DNA of 64,000 nucleotides. It comes from Takakia lepidozioides (lineage: Eukaryota; Plantae; Bryophyta). The translations under genes were made by a program, and so were the position numbers. The first letter of the stretch is position 1, and each line of letters opens with the position of its first letter. The notes below the pieces were generated by a model that was given only the letters and a program-made list of their open reading frames with translations, did no database searches and was not told the origin of the DNA. This document shows, one piece after another, positions 13,221-27,057 of the stretch. The DNA lies in the NCBI GenBank assembly GCA_030704615.1, contig CM060731.1:35588001-35652000 (forward strand), given 5' to 3'.

Positions 13221-14272
13221 TCTAGTACATAACTTACAGCCACTTCCCTTTGCGACTATTACCCTTTTGGTGGAGTGGGCTCTATTTGATACGTAAAGCA
13301 CCGCCAAAACATTTTGTTTGTATTTATCGTGCCGTTAAAAAGCATAACTCATAGGGGTGCATTCCACCTGGCAGAATGTACCCTATCAGCTCCCTTGAGT
13401 GAATTCCGAAATGCAAAATGCACTGGCCATTAGTTTTTTTTTTTAAAAAACTTGGCATTACTTTACGCCCGAGGGGAAGGCCCGAAAATCCGGGAATACC
13501 CTCCAATGAGGGCATTACCCTACACAAAACAAATATATACAGTAAATATTACAGATATGTTCAAACAAAGTTTGTATAAAATAAATAATGTTCCATTCAA
13601 ATGGTCCATGCAAAGAGCAGCACCTTGTTGATCAAATGAAAACAAGAAAAAAATACCTTGTGAGTGTCCTAAGGCTTACAAGGTGAAGGGATCTTCCCAA
13701 TGGGGCCAGACGGCCAAGAAACTAATCAGCAAGTAGGAAACCTGGCAAGCTCACACATGAGCAATGTGAGAGTGAGGATTCAGTCACTAGATTTAGCCTA
13801 AACAACGAAGTAGGTGACGTAACGTGTAGGGTAAGCCTCCAAGTGGAGGGAATTACCGAAATGAGCCCCACCACAAGGCGGGAGCCGAGAGTGGCGGGCC
13901 GAGTGCAGGTAATCCGGCCTGTCTGTTGCGTAGACAGCCGTGGACGGTGGAATCATAGTTTTAAGCTCGTCGGTTTCCTTTGCGAGAAAAAGTTGGAAGT
14001 TCTTTACGAGCCTTGCAGTCACTAATTATTATGTTTCCAAAACTTACAAGAAAACAAAAATGCGGCTCATTGAATCATTTTACCAGTGAAAATCCGACAA
14101 TTAGCAGCTATAGGGATTTTTATTTTATTTTTTATTTTTTTGCATGGGGATTAAGTTGCAAACTTAATGTTGTTCGAAAGATGTCTAGCTTAAAACTTGT
14201 GCAGCCAAGATCTTTGGTTTTCTTTGGCGTGCCTATGCACTAGTTACTCAAACTGGGAATTGGTGTGGCGTG

Positions 14273-15972
14273 TGTTAGTAGGATATTAACATCCACTAGG
14301 ATAGTAAGTCTAATAGTTAAAGACCGTTTCATATCTTATACTCAAAAGACACTATTGTAGAGATCTCATACTCAAGAGACACAAATATAATGTATGTTCA
14401 GTGACTGTAATACAACGATTCTATTATGTCTCTCTCTCTCTCTCTCTTGATTGTATGCTTACACACTGAGTCTATACAATGATTAGATTCTAACATGGTA
14501 CAGAGCCACTATGATGGCTAACATAGAACGATCAGATGGGACGAGACTACTTGCTTAAAAACTGAACTTAGAATTCTATGAGTTTCCTGAATCATAGAAA
14601 ATGTATGCATTCAGAAAACATAGGGTCTTAAAATTCTATAGGATACAATCCTAAGAAAAGTGCAATAATGACATCCTCCTCGTATGATACAACTGTAGAA
14701 AAATTAGATGGTTCTAACTATCAAACCTGGAAGATTAGATTATCCTATCTTTTTAAAAAGGAAAGACTGTGGGATTTAGTCATAGGTACTGAAATCAAAC
14801 CTACCACAAATACCTCCTTAGGTGGAACAGTCACAAATCCACCAAGCACTGGTGTAGGTTCTATAGTCAATTGGGAAGATAGAGATAGGATAGCACAATT
14901 GATAATCATAGAAAGTGTTAAAAACACGGTCATGCGACCTCTGCACTCACAGCCAGTGGGAATTGGGTAGTATTACAAAAAGTCTATCAAACAACTGACA
15001 TGATGAATAAATGTTATCTTAGAAAACAATATATCAATTACAATTTGAGAGAAGGGAGTGACATTAAAATTCACATTCATGAATTTAGACTTCTCTTAGA
15101 ACAACTAGGGTCAGTGGGGGTCACATTATGAAGACAACATAAGACTCTCTTAAGTAGTCTTCCTGATTCATACGAGCCCATGATTATGACCTTAAGTAAT
15201 CAAGTCGGATTAACCCTTCAGGATGTTGCAGCCAAATTATTGACTGACGACATTCGTAGAAGGAAGAATGGTGATTTATCTGCAACAGATGGAGTCGCAG
15301 CATTCTGTGCTGGTGGGAAGCCAAAACAAAAGAGGCAGATGACTGGATCTCAACGTGGATCACCTAGTTATCATGTCAACCAAGGTCAGTGGAGTGGAAT
15401 TAGCTCATCAATTCCCAGTCAACCCTCATACGTCTATACACCAAATGGTAAGAGGAGGAAAGGACCTTGCAATTATTGCAAAAAGAAGTTTCTTTGCACA
15501 AGTCCCACAAAAATACAAGTTGTTTTGAAAAAATGTATCTCTAAATAGGAATGTATTTTCATTTCAGGTCTTGTATAGAAGACATTACAGATCATATTAC
15601 CTCAAGTTTTGGTCCTACTAACGGACCAGTTCATCCAAGTGTATAATTCTTGGAGTTAATTCCATAGTCTATTCCGGAAAGCAGTTAAGTGCTACAAGGA
15701 GAAGAGGTGGAAGGTATCGAGGCAACTCTGACAGTGAAGAGATAAAGAACAACTCATAGGAGTGTACGAAAGTTCAAGACTTTAACTCAACTGATGATTA
15801 CACGAGTGTTAAAGAAGCAATGAAGTGTTAATGTAGACTTTATCTTTAACAGATATATTAGACTTAAGTGGGGGTGTTAGTAGGATAGTAACATCCACTA
15901 GGGTAGTAAGTCTAATAGTTAAAAATCCTTTCATATCTTATACTCAAGAGACACTATTGTAGAGATCTCATA
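14273..15972 (+). mobile_element. Internally deleted Ty1/Copia LTR retrotransposon (gag only, 3' LTR truncated)
   Basis: 5' LTR TGTTAG...TAACA at 14273-14495. PBS tggtacagagcc (Met-i type, 1 nt missing) at 14496. Gag KLDGSNYQTWKIRLSYLFKKERLWDLV... from 14668 with a frameshift and stops, and zinc-knuckle start CNYC. PPT aagtggggg at 15866-15874. 3' LTR 15875-15972 differs from the 5' LTR at 6 of 98 positions. Confidence 0.92.
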
Positions 15973-16099
15973 AGCAGAAACAGGGTGAGCAGAAAAATAA
16001 ACTCGCATGAGCAGAATCCACGGTCATGGGGGTGATATGTATGCAAGCGAAAAATACAGATAATAGACAGACATAGGATCTTTCTGGGTTAATAGTTAA

Positions 16100-16622
16100 T
16101 AGGGTCTACATCAATGTTGGTCTGACATTAGGTTTAGGACATACCATACTGGACCTGGTATAGATCCATCACAAAACTTTCATACCAATCGGTCTATATA
16201 ATGGTGGATGTACTTTTGTCCAGATACTGGTATAAGTATGAGTATCATGACCACAATACCAGCTGGTATGAGATATCAATTCTAGTATCCATGATCTTCC
16301 ATTACAAGTGTAACAAATATCAAGTGAAAATAAATAGAATAAACATAAAGAAATAAATAATGAAGTACATGTATGTACACATAAATTAGTATAATATACA
16401 TACCAGAGGAAATGAGGAAGATGGGGGGAGTAGTGGTATTGTGGCTGGTATGAAAAAACGGATATCAGCCTGGTATGACCAGTATTCTCTAGACTGGTCT
16501 CGTATCTAATACCAGTGCATATACCGGTGCATACCAGTCCTTCACCTATATACCAGACCAGCAAATATAATTTTAAATATATGGAAAAGAACCACATGCT
16601 CTGTAAAGATAATTGCAACCTA
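16100..16622. mobile_element. MITE-like element rich in TACCAG/CTGGTA motifs
   Basis: Many ataccag/ctggtat motifs in both orientations around an AT-rich core. Weak terminal similarity (tagggtctaca / tgcaaccta). Confidence 0.4.
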
Positions 16623-17154
16623 TAGAAAACCTTACATGACATATTTGATCACCTGAAAACTAGAGGTTGAAAGAGAGAAACCGCCACCACCCACCCCTCC
16701 CCCCACCGAAAGAAAAAAAGAAAAGAAAAAGAAAACCCTGAGTCTCGCTAGCGAAACCCAATTTTGGGTGTAAATTCATATCTTGGGTTTTCAATGCCAC
16801 GTTGTTGAAGTGTGCTGACTTTTGAGTTATGGCAGAAATATTTGTGGTTGTTTGTGCTCCTGTGAGTTTTGGAGGATTAGTTTGTAGGTTTTGCCGCATG
16901 AACACAGTTTTCATGAAATTTTGTAATGTTTATCACATGAGCGTCGTGTGGTTTCGCTAACGCATATTCTTAAGATTTTTAGGGAATATACAAAACAAAA
17001 TATACCTATACGCTTGCGCAAGCATGCTGTGAGCGTGCTCACACGCTACCCAATCTCACTGAAACTCGGGCACTCCGCGGTCATTTGTTGGGTGGCGGCT
17101 CTTCCTAAACTGCTGGATGGAGAGGATGACATCAATTGGCGGCATAGAGAGAAC

Positions 17155-18027
17155 CAGTGTTGGGCGGTTATGTAAATTTTTTGATAACCTCTGGTTCAGG
17201 TTCTTTATAACTGTCTTCTAGGAACCTCCGGTTCAGGTTATTTAGATTTTGAAGATTTTGAAGAACCACTGGAGCCGGTTATTGTGTCTTTTCATGTCTT
17301 CCTGTTCTGATACATACCGGTTATTTGGCTACTTTCATATGCCGGTTAGCCAATCCGGTTCGGATATATTATGAACTAACCGGGATAGAATTGCCGGTCC
17401 TTGTAACGGTAACGGCTAGAAGAGCCTTACGGTTTAGGCACTTTGGTGAACTATAGCACTTCTAAATTTATTCCAATACACTTTGTATGCTTTCATATGA
17501 TTCCCAAATCATTACCAACTGTTAGTAGCTCAGTTGGTTAAGTGCACTCAGTGTGACCCAGACGATTCTGGGGTCAAATCCTGCTACTTGACGGGTGTTG
17601 GGTGGTGCCCCATTCCTACGCCTCATGGCGCATAAATGAAAGAGGTTATTTTCTCCTCTCACTACTAAGGGGCCTGATTTGTGAGCTGTCGCTCCCGGGT
17701 GTTTCCCCTTTAAAAGAAAAAGAAAAAGAATCATTGTACCAAGAATAAGAGAGTAAACAGGAGATGCTGGCTAAATCTAGAACAAGTAACCGCTGGTTAG
17801 CAGCAAGTATCATTAATTGTAACTGGGGGTCTCATCTTACCCCACAGTTAGGTTAATTAAAACAATGTCTCATTCCTAGCTGGTTCCAAACATGGGGGCA
17901 TGTGGCCCCCGCTGGTTCCTTGGACTGCAGGTTATTAAAGTTTTTTAGAACCTGGGGGCAGTGGGTATATATCCGGAATCAGACCCGCCGGTTATTGGTC
18001 ACGAATACAGAGAACCGCCCAATACTA
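17155..18027. mobile_element. Non-autonomous hAT DNA transposon
   Basis: TIRs CAGTGTTGGGCGGTT and AACCGCCCAATACTA (13/15 match). Perfect 8-bp TSD GAGAGAAC at 17147-17154 and 18028-18035. CCGGTT/AACCGG subterminal motifs. Confidence 0.9.
17514..17728 (+). mobile_element. tRNA-derived SINE nested in the hAT element
   Basis: A box TAGCTCAGTTGG, B-box-like GGTCAAATCC and an A-rich tail. TSD AATCATT at 17507-17513 and 17729-17735. A homologous copy starts at 61896. Confidence 0.88.
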
Positions 18028-19286
18028 GAGAGAACAGTAGTCCTACGAACAACGCCTACCTTAATTTCGAAGGCAAGTGTTAGTTTCACTAGCATTTCTG
18101 GTGCCTGCATATCTTATTACTCTTGCTGCTGGTTTCTCTGCTTGGTTTGTTCTGTTCCTTGGCTTCTTTTCCATTACTGGTCTGCCCCATTGCTTGTACT
18201 TGCCTTCATGGCCTCTGGGTGATTCTTTCCTCACTCCAATCCAATTTCAGGGTTTCCATCCCTTTTCCTTATTAAAAAAAACAAGTTGTGAATTCGTGTC
18301 ACTGAATTCAATGTATACAATGTTATTCAATATATGCAGTTTGGATTGCTCGGAAGAGCACTCGGCCAAAAGACAGTGAGACACTTCATCCATCCAAACA
18401 TCCTTTAAAAGTTTAGTCTCCTATACAATCTGTTAAACAATAAATCGCTCAGAACTTTTTCACAACCCTTTTGCACAGTTCTGCCTCAGGGCAGGGCCAA
18501 CAAAACACAAACTTGGTTGTCCTCAAACCACTGCCAAGGGTTAGGAAAGTTTGTACTACAATGTGGGTGAAATTCATCCATGCCAACCCCTTGGAAATTT
18601 TCTAACTCTCTAATTCTCAATGTAGCTTACAGGGGGCTGATCCACTTTGAATGAAGAGTGGGCCCCATGGCAGGCAAGTAACATTTATAGTAGGTGGGGT
18701 CTCAATCTGGCTTCCCATGTGCACTGGCTCCTCAATCAGTCCTGGATCAAGAAGTTTATGACTGTGCAACATTTTGGGTCACATTGTACATCAGGGATTA
18801 ACAAACAATTTGTACACTAAGCTTTCATAATGGGTTCTTAGTACTTGGTTGACAGAGTGATAGGACAGCTTCTCAATTTGATACTACAGAGAAGATCACG
18901 GCTTTAAATCTGATCCATCTTAACTTGGAACATAACTTCGTCATGTCTTCTCCAAATCAAATCCAGTGTTTTGTAATAGACTACTGCCAGAAACAGCTGG
19001 CGGCGTAGAGAACCAACAGTTGGAGAATTAATAGGGTGTCCACATTTAACAATTGCCGAGGTTAACGCAGCAGGGTAACTATGCCATTCTCTCCTACTTT
19101 CGGTGAACAAATGGTATCCTATAATTGCTGAACAGCATAGAATCAATATGCTGAAATCCTTCCAACATTTCCTGCCATAGTTTTGAGAGCCCTCACCCTC
19201 GCTTGCAGACAAAGAAAAATGTCAAAAATGATCTCTCTTCACATGAACCGATGGATCAAAAATTTACACTCACTCGAACAAGGAGG

Positions 19287-22200
19287 CTAATATATCCCAA
19301 GCCGACAAATGGCATTCAACTTGATGAGCTTCAGATCCACCTGTTGAAAAATCAGTACAGGGAGCAACCACGGATCATTAGGTATTAAACCAAAGGTCTT
19401 CACAGCTGTTACCGTATGTGGGTAGAGAGTTACAGTGGACAAAAAGAAAATGACTGAAAGCACACATTGAAGGTGAAAGGGCAAGATTTGTCATTTTTTG
19501 TTGGAAAGTAAATGTCCATTTCTGTTACTATTGGGAAGTAGGTTGGGCTCTGCTTACCCTCTCTAGTGGAGAAATAGTGCTGGGACAAATATAAAGGGCT
19601 TTTTCTCTTTGCACTACCTTCACACCTGAAATCAAACTATTTCTCTCTATTCATGTAGTAAGATATCGCAAGGGGAAGATTTGAAGGCTGCAATTTGAAA
19701 CTCAAGCAGGATTTCAGTATCACCAACAGTGCCAAAACATGAAGCATGAGACCCGTCTGACCCTTCCTCCAAACACCTGTGGCCCCCAAGCTACAAGTGT
19801 GACCCATCGTAGCTTGCAGGGAGGTCTTGTTATCCGTCCATGGGGGAAAAATGGATGTGGATTTTGGATGCAATGAGCAAGAAAGTTCAAATCAGGGCTG
19901 GCAAGCACATAGGAACTCACCTTATGTCCAAAGAGATCACGTATATTGTCGATGCCATACAATATCATTGTCGGTCTGTGCCAATCCCAACAATCACATG
20001 CCCTCCCAATGAGTACAAGGAAACATTGGTTTTGAAAAGTTGAACTCGAGCACTGCCCACTATGTTAACCTCCGTGATGAAATGAACCTGAGAAGCACAT
20101 AGGGAAAATCATTTCTCTATACACCCCTCAAATGATGAACTTGGCCAATCAGGGTCTTTCCATGCATCCAGATGCAAAGCACAAAGGTGCAATAAAGCTT
20201 CTGCAGGACCTCCTTTGCAGCTGAAGTTTTAGAACTCTCCATAATGGCAACCAAACACACTATCGATGAACCAACAAGCACAATAGGTCATTCTTAGGCC
20301 ACACCTTTCCAATGATAAGCCCCAGGCAATGACGGAAACATCAGGTGGAAGGCCCATAGGCTGCAGCATTTCCGGGCGGAACATTCCAGAGTTACCAACC
20401 TCCACCCACTTCTTGAGTGTTTCATGATAGCTGTAATCACAGCACACACATTTAAAACAGCCAATGATCACAGCATGCTATCTTCCCTTTACTGCCATGC
20501 CCGTATACATGAAAACATAATCTCTCCACCTTTCACATCCCTGCCTATGATGACCAAATTAAAAACTGGATAATTCAGGTGTCGTCCCTCTCTATATATG
20601 CCCCTGATCTCCACGTGAACTTACACCAGGTGTGCCTTACATCAATAGTCATTGACTGATTTAGTTGGCTGCTTGGTATTCTAGCATCCTAAGATTGAAC
20701 TTGATGTCCATGGACACATTAATGACACCTGCCTAAAGGCTCAATTCCCTCATCTCTGCCTGACCACTTCACTCAATTAGGTCTTTTGAGAATAGTTACA
20801 ATCAGATTACTTGCATACCCCAGAGTGCGTTATGGTCAAAGCCTACCTGAAGATCTCCATACTAGGCTCCGTGTATGGGTTATAGGCTGGCTTGAACCGC
20901 AACTTTTTAATCCCTGTACACAAGTGCTCAATTGAGAAACAATGATGTGGACTTGTAAGACTTTGATCTCCTTAGTGTTGGGTGATGACACAGTTCCCCG
21001 GCACTGAGAGAAAAGATGGGATGAACAGCACAAGCAGCTCCCAGAGGGTTGTCCAATAGGGACTGCCCTTTAAGTGTATGTGGGATTACAGCTCAACCAT
21101 TTGATGAGAGCAAAAATTAACAGCAAAAGCACTCGTCATATAAACCCAAAGGTTCCTCAATGAACGAATGTAGGAAAGCTGCTAAGCACTTTGGGTCTGA
21201 AGGCCTCTGCCAAAATACTTTGATGTGCCTGTCTTCTCACTAGCATGTGACAGATGGACTCAGATAAAATTCTATTCACACAAACATTGTGGCTTTCACT
21301 CTGACAGTAGCAAGGGAGGCCAGCGAGAAATAGAAAAAGCAACAGCAGAGAGAGGGAAGGAGCCATACCAAGGCGGGCAAAAAAGTCATTTAAAACACCA
21401 ATAAGGTCCCCAAGTGTGAGACCCCTGTCACAAATAAGCCCTGCAATTTGCAATGAGCTAGAGAAATTAGATTTTAGGATGTCATTGCAGAAAATTGCCA
21501 GTAGGTAACACTCCACATCCAATAGATCACAAAGGATATCTATTAGCAGCACGGACTTTGACAAGGGGTTATTAGCAATGTTTCCAAGCTGTGACTGGCA
21601 ATCAGAAGAAGACTCTGATCCCAGAGGCGACAGCCTACCTTGTTGTTTCCTACTGAATCTAGCAATCAAGCAAATTCATTGGCCACAGAACGTCTGTTGT
21701 GTAATTTGTTTGACAGAGGTCATTTCAATGCTTCTAACCAGAAGAAATGAATAGCCATCGAATGCTGATGAATCCATGAAAATTTGATAATAAAACTACC
21801 ACTCAACCATACCTCATGTTGGGTCATACTGTGGTCACACATGAATTCTATTTGGGTGAAGCCTCTGCGACAAGGCAGTTAGCATACAGTTTCAAACTGC
21901 CAAGAATGTTGTTCGGTTTTAGAACAAATCCCATGCACATGCTCCTGACAGATGAGTAGAGCACCCTGTCAACCCATACAGAGTGTATTGAAGAGAAGGG
22001 AAGCACACCTTCAATCTGATGGAATTCAGCCAAATGTGTTCGGTCAACAGCCTCATTACGGAAAACACGGTCTATCGAGAAATATCTCTTGGGAACAAAC
22101 TTCTCCTGAATGCCCACACAAGAAAGAACCTCCAACAAATCAGAACCTTTTTGACTCAGCAAGACAAATAAAATGGATGTGCGCTGGTGCCTTGCTGCTA

Positions 22201-25200
22201 TCAACCCCTTGCTTTGACAATCTCATATGCAATTTACCCTAAATCCCCAAACTGCACAATCTCCCACCCTTGAGCTAATACTCTAGCTTGCACAACCTTC
22301 AGAGAGTTGTGAAGGGGGGACATAGAAACAGAGAGGAGAGATAAGATAAAAAATAACCTGCGCAAGCTTGTAGAGCATCCGTGATGAGACTGCAGTAGTG
22401 TGTGTGCGCAGCAAATTCTTCTCTGCTTCGTCTCTCTTCCAGTCATAGCCATACCTGCACCCCAAATCATATTATTACCAACACCTGTGACATAGACACT
22501 CTGGGCATCAGTCTTACTCACAAACTCCATCCCACAAGGCTGGCGCAGTAGCCTTGATACGATTCACCTTCAATTTTATTTCCATTTCCTTGCCTTGACT
22601 GAGTGCACACCGCCATACTCACACTTAGTAGTTGGCTACATAAGCAGTGATGGAATGAGGATCATGCTGCCTATTATGACTACAATGTTAGCCAGAGAAA
22701 CTAAATCAATCATCCTGTAATCAGATCCATTGTTGCTGTGTGCAATTGTGGCAATTTTGCGATGATATTAATCTGATCAACACATAGGGAGGATTATCTG
22801 TCTGCGATTCAAAGGTGTATAAGAGTACGTCAGAGCATTTGTATACAGGATGGCCAAAGACCATCGCACCAAGGTAAAATTTGGAGTAGTAGAAAGACCA
22901 TGTCTGACTAAGGAGTATAAGCGACTAAAAAGGTAGGAATGTACGGACCCGATGGAACCATAACCACCACATTCATGTGTCCTCTTCACACGCTCCAAGT
23001 AGTCCTCAGGCAAGGTTTTAGTGTTCGCTGGAACTGCAACACTCAAATACACAGTTAGTATATATATCTGGGCACTTTGAAAGCTCATCAACTGAGTGCC
23101 CACTCGATGATATCCTGCAAGATGAAAGCCTGATCTCCAAATTGAAATATGAAGGAACTACATCACAACCTTCACTTAACAAGTGGGACTCAAAAGGAAT
23201 ACTTCAGGATCTTCCCACGTTGGGGCCAAAGTTCCAACCTAGAGAAGGTTGCCTACTGCTCACCTAAGTTGACCCAGCTAGGACAAGGGAACCTAAATCC
23301 CTACTTTAGCATGCTGGTGACTGGCAAAAACCTTTCAGTCTAAATCCTGAAGCATGTGTAAGGCTACGAGTAAAAGTGCTCTCAGAATCAACTTAATTTC
23401 AACAGGTCAGATCAATACTACAGGCTCTCTCGTGACAGTAATGGACCTCATTCTCCTTCCCTGTCCAGCTCTCCCCCACTTTTCAACCCCATCCAAACTA
23501 GGCATGTGTGTAGTCAATGTCGGTACACCATCTATCTCTAGGTCATCCGCCCTGCGAGAGTGCACTAACAGTTTCCCAGGTTTCGCATCATGCTGTAGGA
23601 GGGGACGCCAATATTGACTCTGGGAATTAGTATCCCTTGGGATTAGTCAGGGACATGTGAGAGCCTGTGTATGGCGACTGGCAATTAAGACATCAATCTT
23701 GAGGGGAGAGCACAGAGATGAGGAAGAAACAAACCTTTGAGGAAGAAGGTATCATGAGAGTCGCGAGCTGGATGCTGTTGAGGCTGGAAGAGTGCATCAA
23801 AGTTCCAGAAGCTGCAATCACCAATTACATAAGTCTGCTCTTTACCCAAACTCAAAAGAAGAAAACAGATGTGTTGCATACGTGCACATTATTTTGACTC
23901 CTAGCATCAATCTCTTCCTTTCTGCCCTTCTCTGTTTGTACCTCTGTTTGCTGCCATCATCAAATTGATGCTATGGTATTAAGCTTCCTCAGAAATATGG
24001 ACTGCCAGAATCCATACTAAAGGTATGTGCCATTACTGGACCTTCTGCTATGGTAGTGGGCTCTGTTCTGCTCTCATCCCATTGCCTACCCTTGTCTCTT
24101 CCATTTGATCGGTCCAAACTGAGCAAAGGTCCAATGGTCACAGGTTCTATTCCACAAGCAAGACACTTCCCTTCTACTATATCCCAAAAAAGAGAAGAAC
24201 CTTTTCTACAGTGCAGCCTACCTAGTTCCATGAAACCATGCGCCAGTTTATAAAATTGTACCTGCTTTCAATGAAGTTGTTCGTTGGCATCTCTTCAAAC
24301 CTGGAACTCACACATAATAGCATTAAGTTGTGCCCCTACATTCTATCCCATGGCTAAGCAGATGAATAATTGCATGTTACGAAGATAAAGTATGTTCAAA
24401 TGCACTGATGAAATCTTAGCAGCAGATAGAGAGGAGACAGAGAGTGACGGTGATAGAGAGAAATGTAAATGCCAATGCAAATAACAAGTTAGTGACTTGT
24501 GAGTTGTAAATATCCAGAAACAAATTGCAGTTAAGATGAACTCACCCCATTTCTAAGAAGATGTTTCGGAACTGTGTCCGCACCTGTCACACCATTCAAC
24601 AATAGTACCAAGTCAAACCCCTATATTTATTACCAAATAATGAGATAAGTTCAACTAGCATACATAAGTTTCATGTTGTGCATCTGTAAGTTCATCCTGG
24701 CCACAACATGCTGGATCCTCCTCATACCATGATTGACTTTATGACATCAGAACTCAGCACTCAATCCTTGACACACAGGGTTCCAACATGTCTGCATCCT
24801 CAGACATGTATGGCTACAAAGACTAGTACTAAGAAACATTGCCAAAAGTTGTGGTCTAGATGGAATTAAACAACTTGGCCTCGTCTGCTCCTCATGACTA
24901 CTTGGGCAAGGCTTAAGACTCAAACAATACAAAATTGCTCATTAGAAAACACTACACACTGATGTACCAGAGGGTGGTGGGGGGCATTGCCTTAAGTAAG
25001 GGGTGGAGATGGCCACCTTCAGTGGGCAGACCAAGAGCTTTATAATTGTAAGGCTTGAAATCCCGCTCCTTCCATTCACCGCTGCCAGCCGCAAAACAAC
25101 AGTCAATGTGTATGGATGGATGTAGTTCATGTGCAGATAGTTGAGGAAAGATTCGAAATAAAAAACGAGGAGCTTAATAATAACATTGCAGCTGATGGTT

Positions 25201-27057
25201 AATTAATGCAGAGTGGATGCCTCTACTGCGGTAGGAGGATGTGCAAAAGGTGGAAGAAAAGAGGGGAGAAAAGCAGACAAGGATTCATAATCATTTAGCA
25301 CAGAGTAAAGGCATCAACTTAATGGAGCACTTGATCCAAACATCAAGGGGATACCTTTGCAGAAGTTCAAGTGTGAGATCTGTAGCCGGCTTCATTCTCT
25401 TGGGGGCATACTTTTCCCCCTTCTTCAAAGAATAAGCAACCCATGTCCTGCCAGATCCATCCTCAAACTATTGGAGCAATCAAGAAGTAAAATCATAAAC
25501 CCTCCATGCGAGCAAACCCAGTGGGAGTTCAACCAGCAGTCCATCTCATGGTACATAATATGAAATAAAGGGAGAAGAGACGAAAAAGAGAGTGCCTATA
25601 AGATCTGCAGCACCCTCCACACTACAAGCACCCATCAAGAACTTTTTGAGCTTGAAAAACCAACCTAGAGCTGTGACAAAGACAATAAAATGAGGTAGAG
25701 CTCTGATAATATTTTAAATTTACCTCGAGTCGATTAGCTTTCTCTTTGTCAAATCCTTGACCTCTGCTTCCGGGAGCTCCTATGTTGGTGAGAAAAAAAA
25801 GAGGTCACATACATTGAATACTCTTTAAGTAGGGAGCCAACAGTGCTGGAGATTCTCCCACTACACAGTAAGCAAACAACTCTCTGTCTCTCTCTCCGTC
25901 TCTCACAAGTGGGCCCCTTCACTCATGAATTTGAATCAAAAGATGAGTCTTTGTCAAAACAAGGAGATATAAGAAAAAGGATGGCAGGGCACCTTTAGCT
26001 ATATCTTTTACTTAAGGAGTGGAAGGAAGAAGCTCTTGCTAGCCCAAGGCTGGAACATTCAAATACCTGGCCATCTTTAATTGCAACCAGCTGCTGCTTC
26101 ACTTGATCATCCACGTTTTTTACCTGCTGCGTCATCATGAGAGATTATAAGTTTACTCTACTTCCAGAAAAACATCTGTAGCCGTAAAACACCCCAACAA
26201 CAGCAAAGAAGAGACAGCCTTTCGGTCCAAAGAAGCTGCAGAGACTGGTTCAGGGTATCCAGGGCCGACCTTTCGAGAGACAAAACCCTTAGTTTGCTGC
26301 ACCCACTTATTTTTTGTTGAGCGCGAGAGCCCAATGTTGAACACCGATGGATCCACCTTATGCTGTGCCGGAAATACAGAACACGCTATCAGAACTCTCG
26401 TCAACATACTCACTAAGTGTGCAGTCGGTCAAATCCGGTTAATGGGGTGCGGAGATTTCTTGGTTGCAGTTACCTGCAACACTCTCATATGTGCTCAGGT
26501 TGAAAGTAACCCGACTGCCCCACACAATGTAAACCGTGCTAAATGAACAACGGTTGTGACCAGCTTCCAGATTTCAAGAACGTAGGGAAACAAGGACACG
26601 AGAGCATACCTCAAGTTCATCCCTTGTAATGCCTTCAGAAGGAACAGCGTTGTACACCTGGAACTCTGGAGATCCCTTCAATGCGTAAGAAGTGCCCTCC
26701 TCTGTGAGAAACACAGATTTCCTGTTGATGGCCTGCAGACACAACAACACGTATTAACGACAATTTCACACCTTGAACCCTACTTCCCAACACCACCTAC
26801 CGATCGCTTAAGGACTGCAATGAATCACAAGAATGGGCCACAGCCGAACATGATTGCAAACAGCAAAATCACTAAAGGCCGAGCCAAGCAACACAGACCT
26901 TCGCCTCCACAAACTGAAAACCATGAAGGCTCTTGATCACGTCGGTCACAGCGGCATGATCGAAGCCAGCATGGATGGCCCAATCCTCCGAGTTTGCAAT
27001 TTCTTCATGACCCTGCAGGTATCCCAACACTGCATCTTCCGCGCTCATTGCCGTCAT
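19287..27057 (-). CDS. FARSA: Phenylalanine-tRNA ligase alpha subunit, cytosolic, about 18 exons
   Basis: Exons encode [11 protein letters not shown]..., [116 protein letters not shown]...[27 protein letters not shown], and end [17 protein letters not shown]. Confidence 0.96.

Noticed and set aside
17521-17595. tRNA gene (also at 61902 and about 33650)
   Set aside because: A and B boxes are present, but the acceptor and anticodon stems do not form. An unrelated 3' body, A tail and TSD indicate SINEs.
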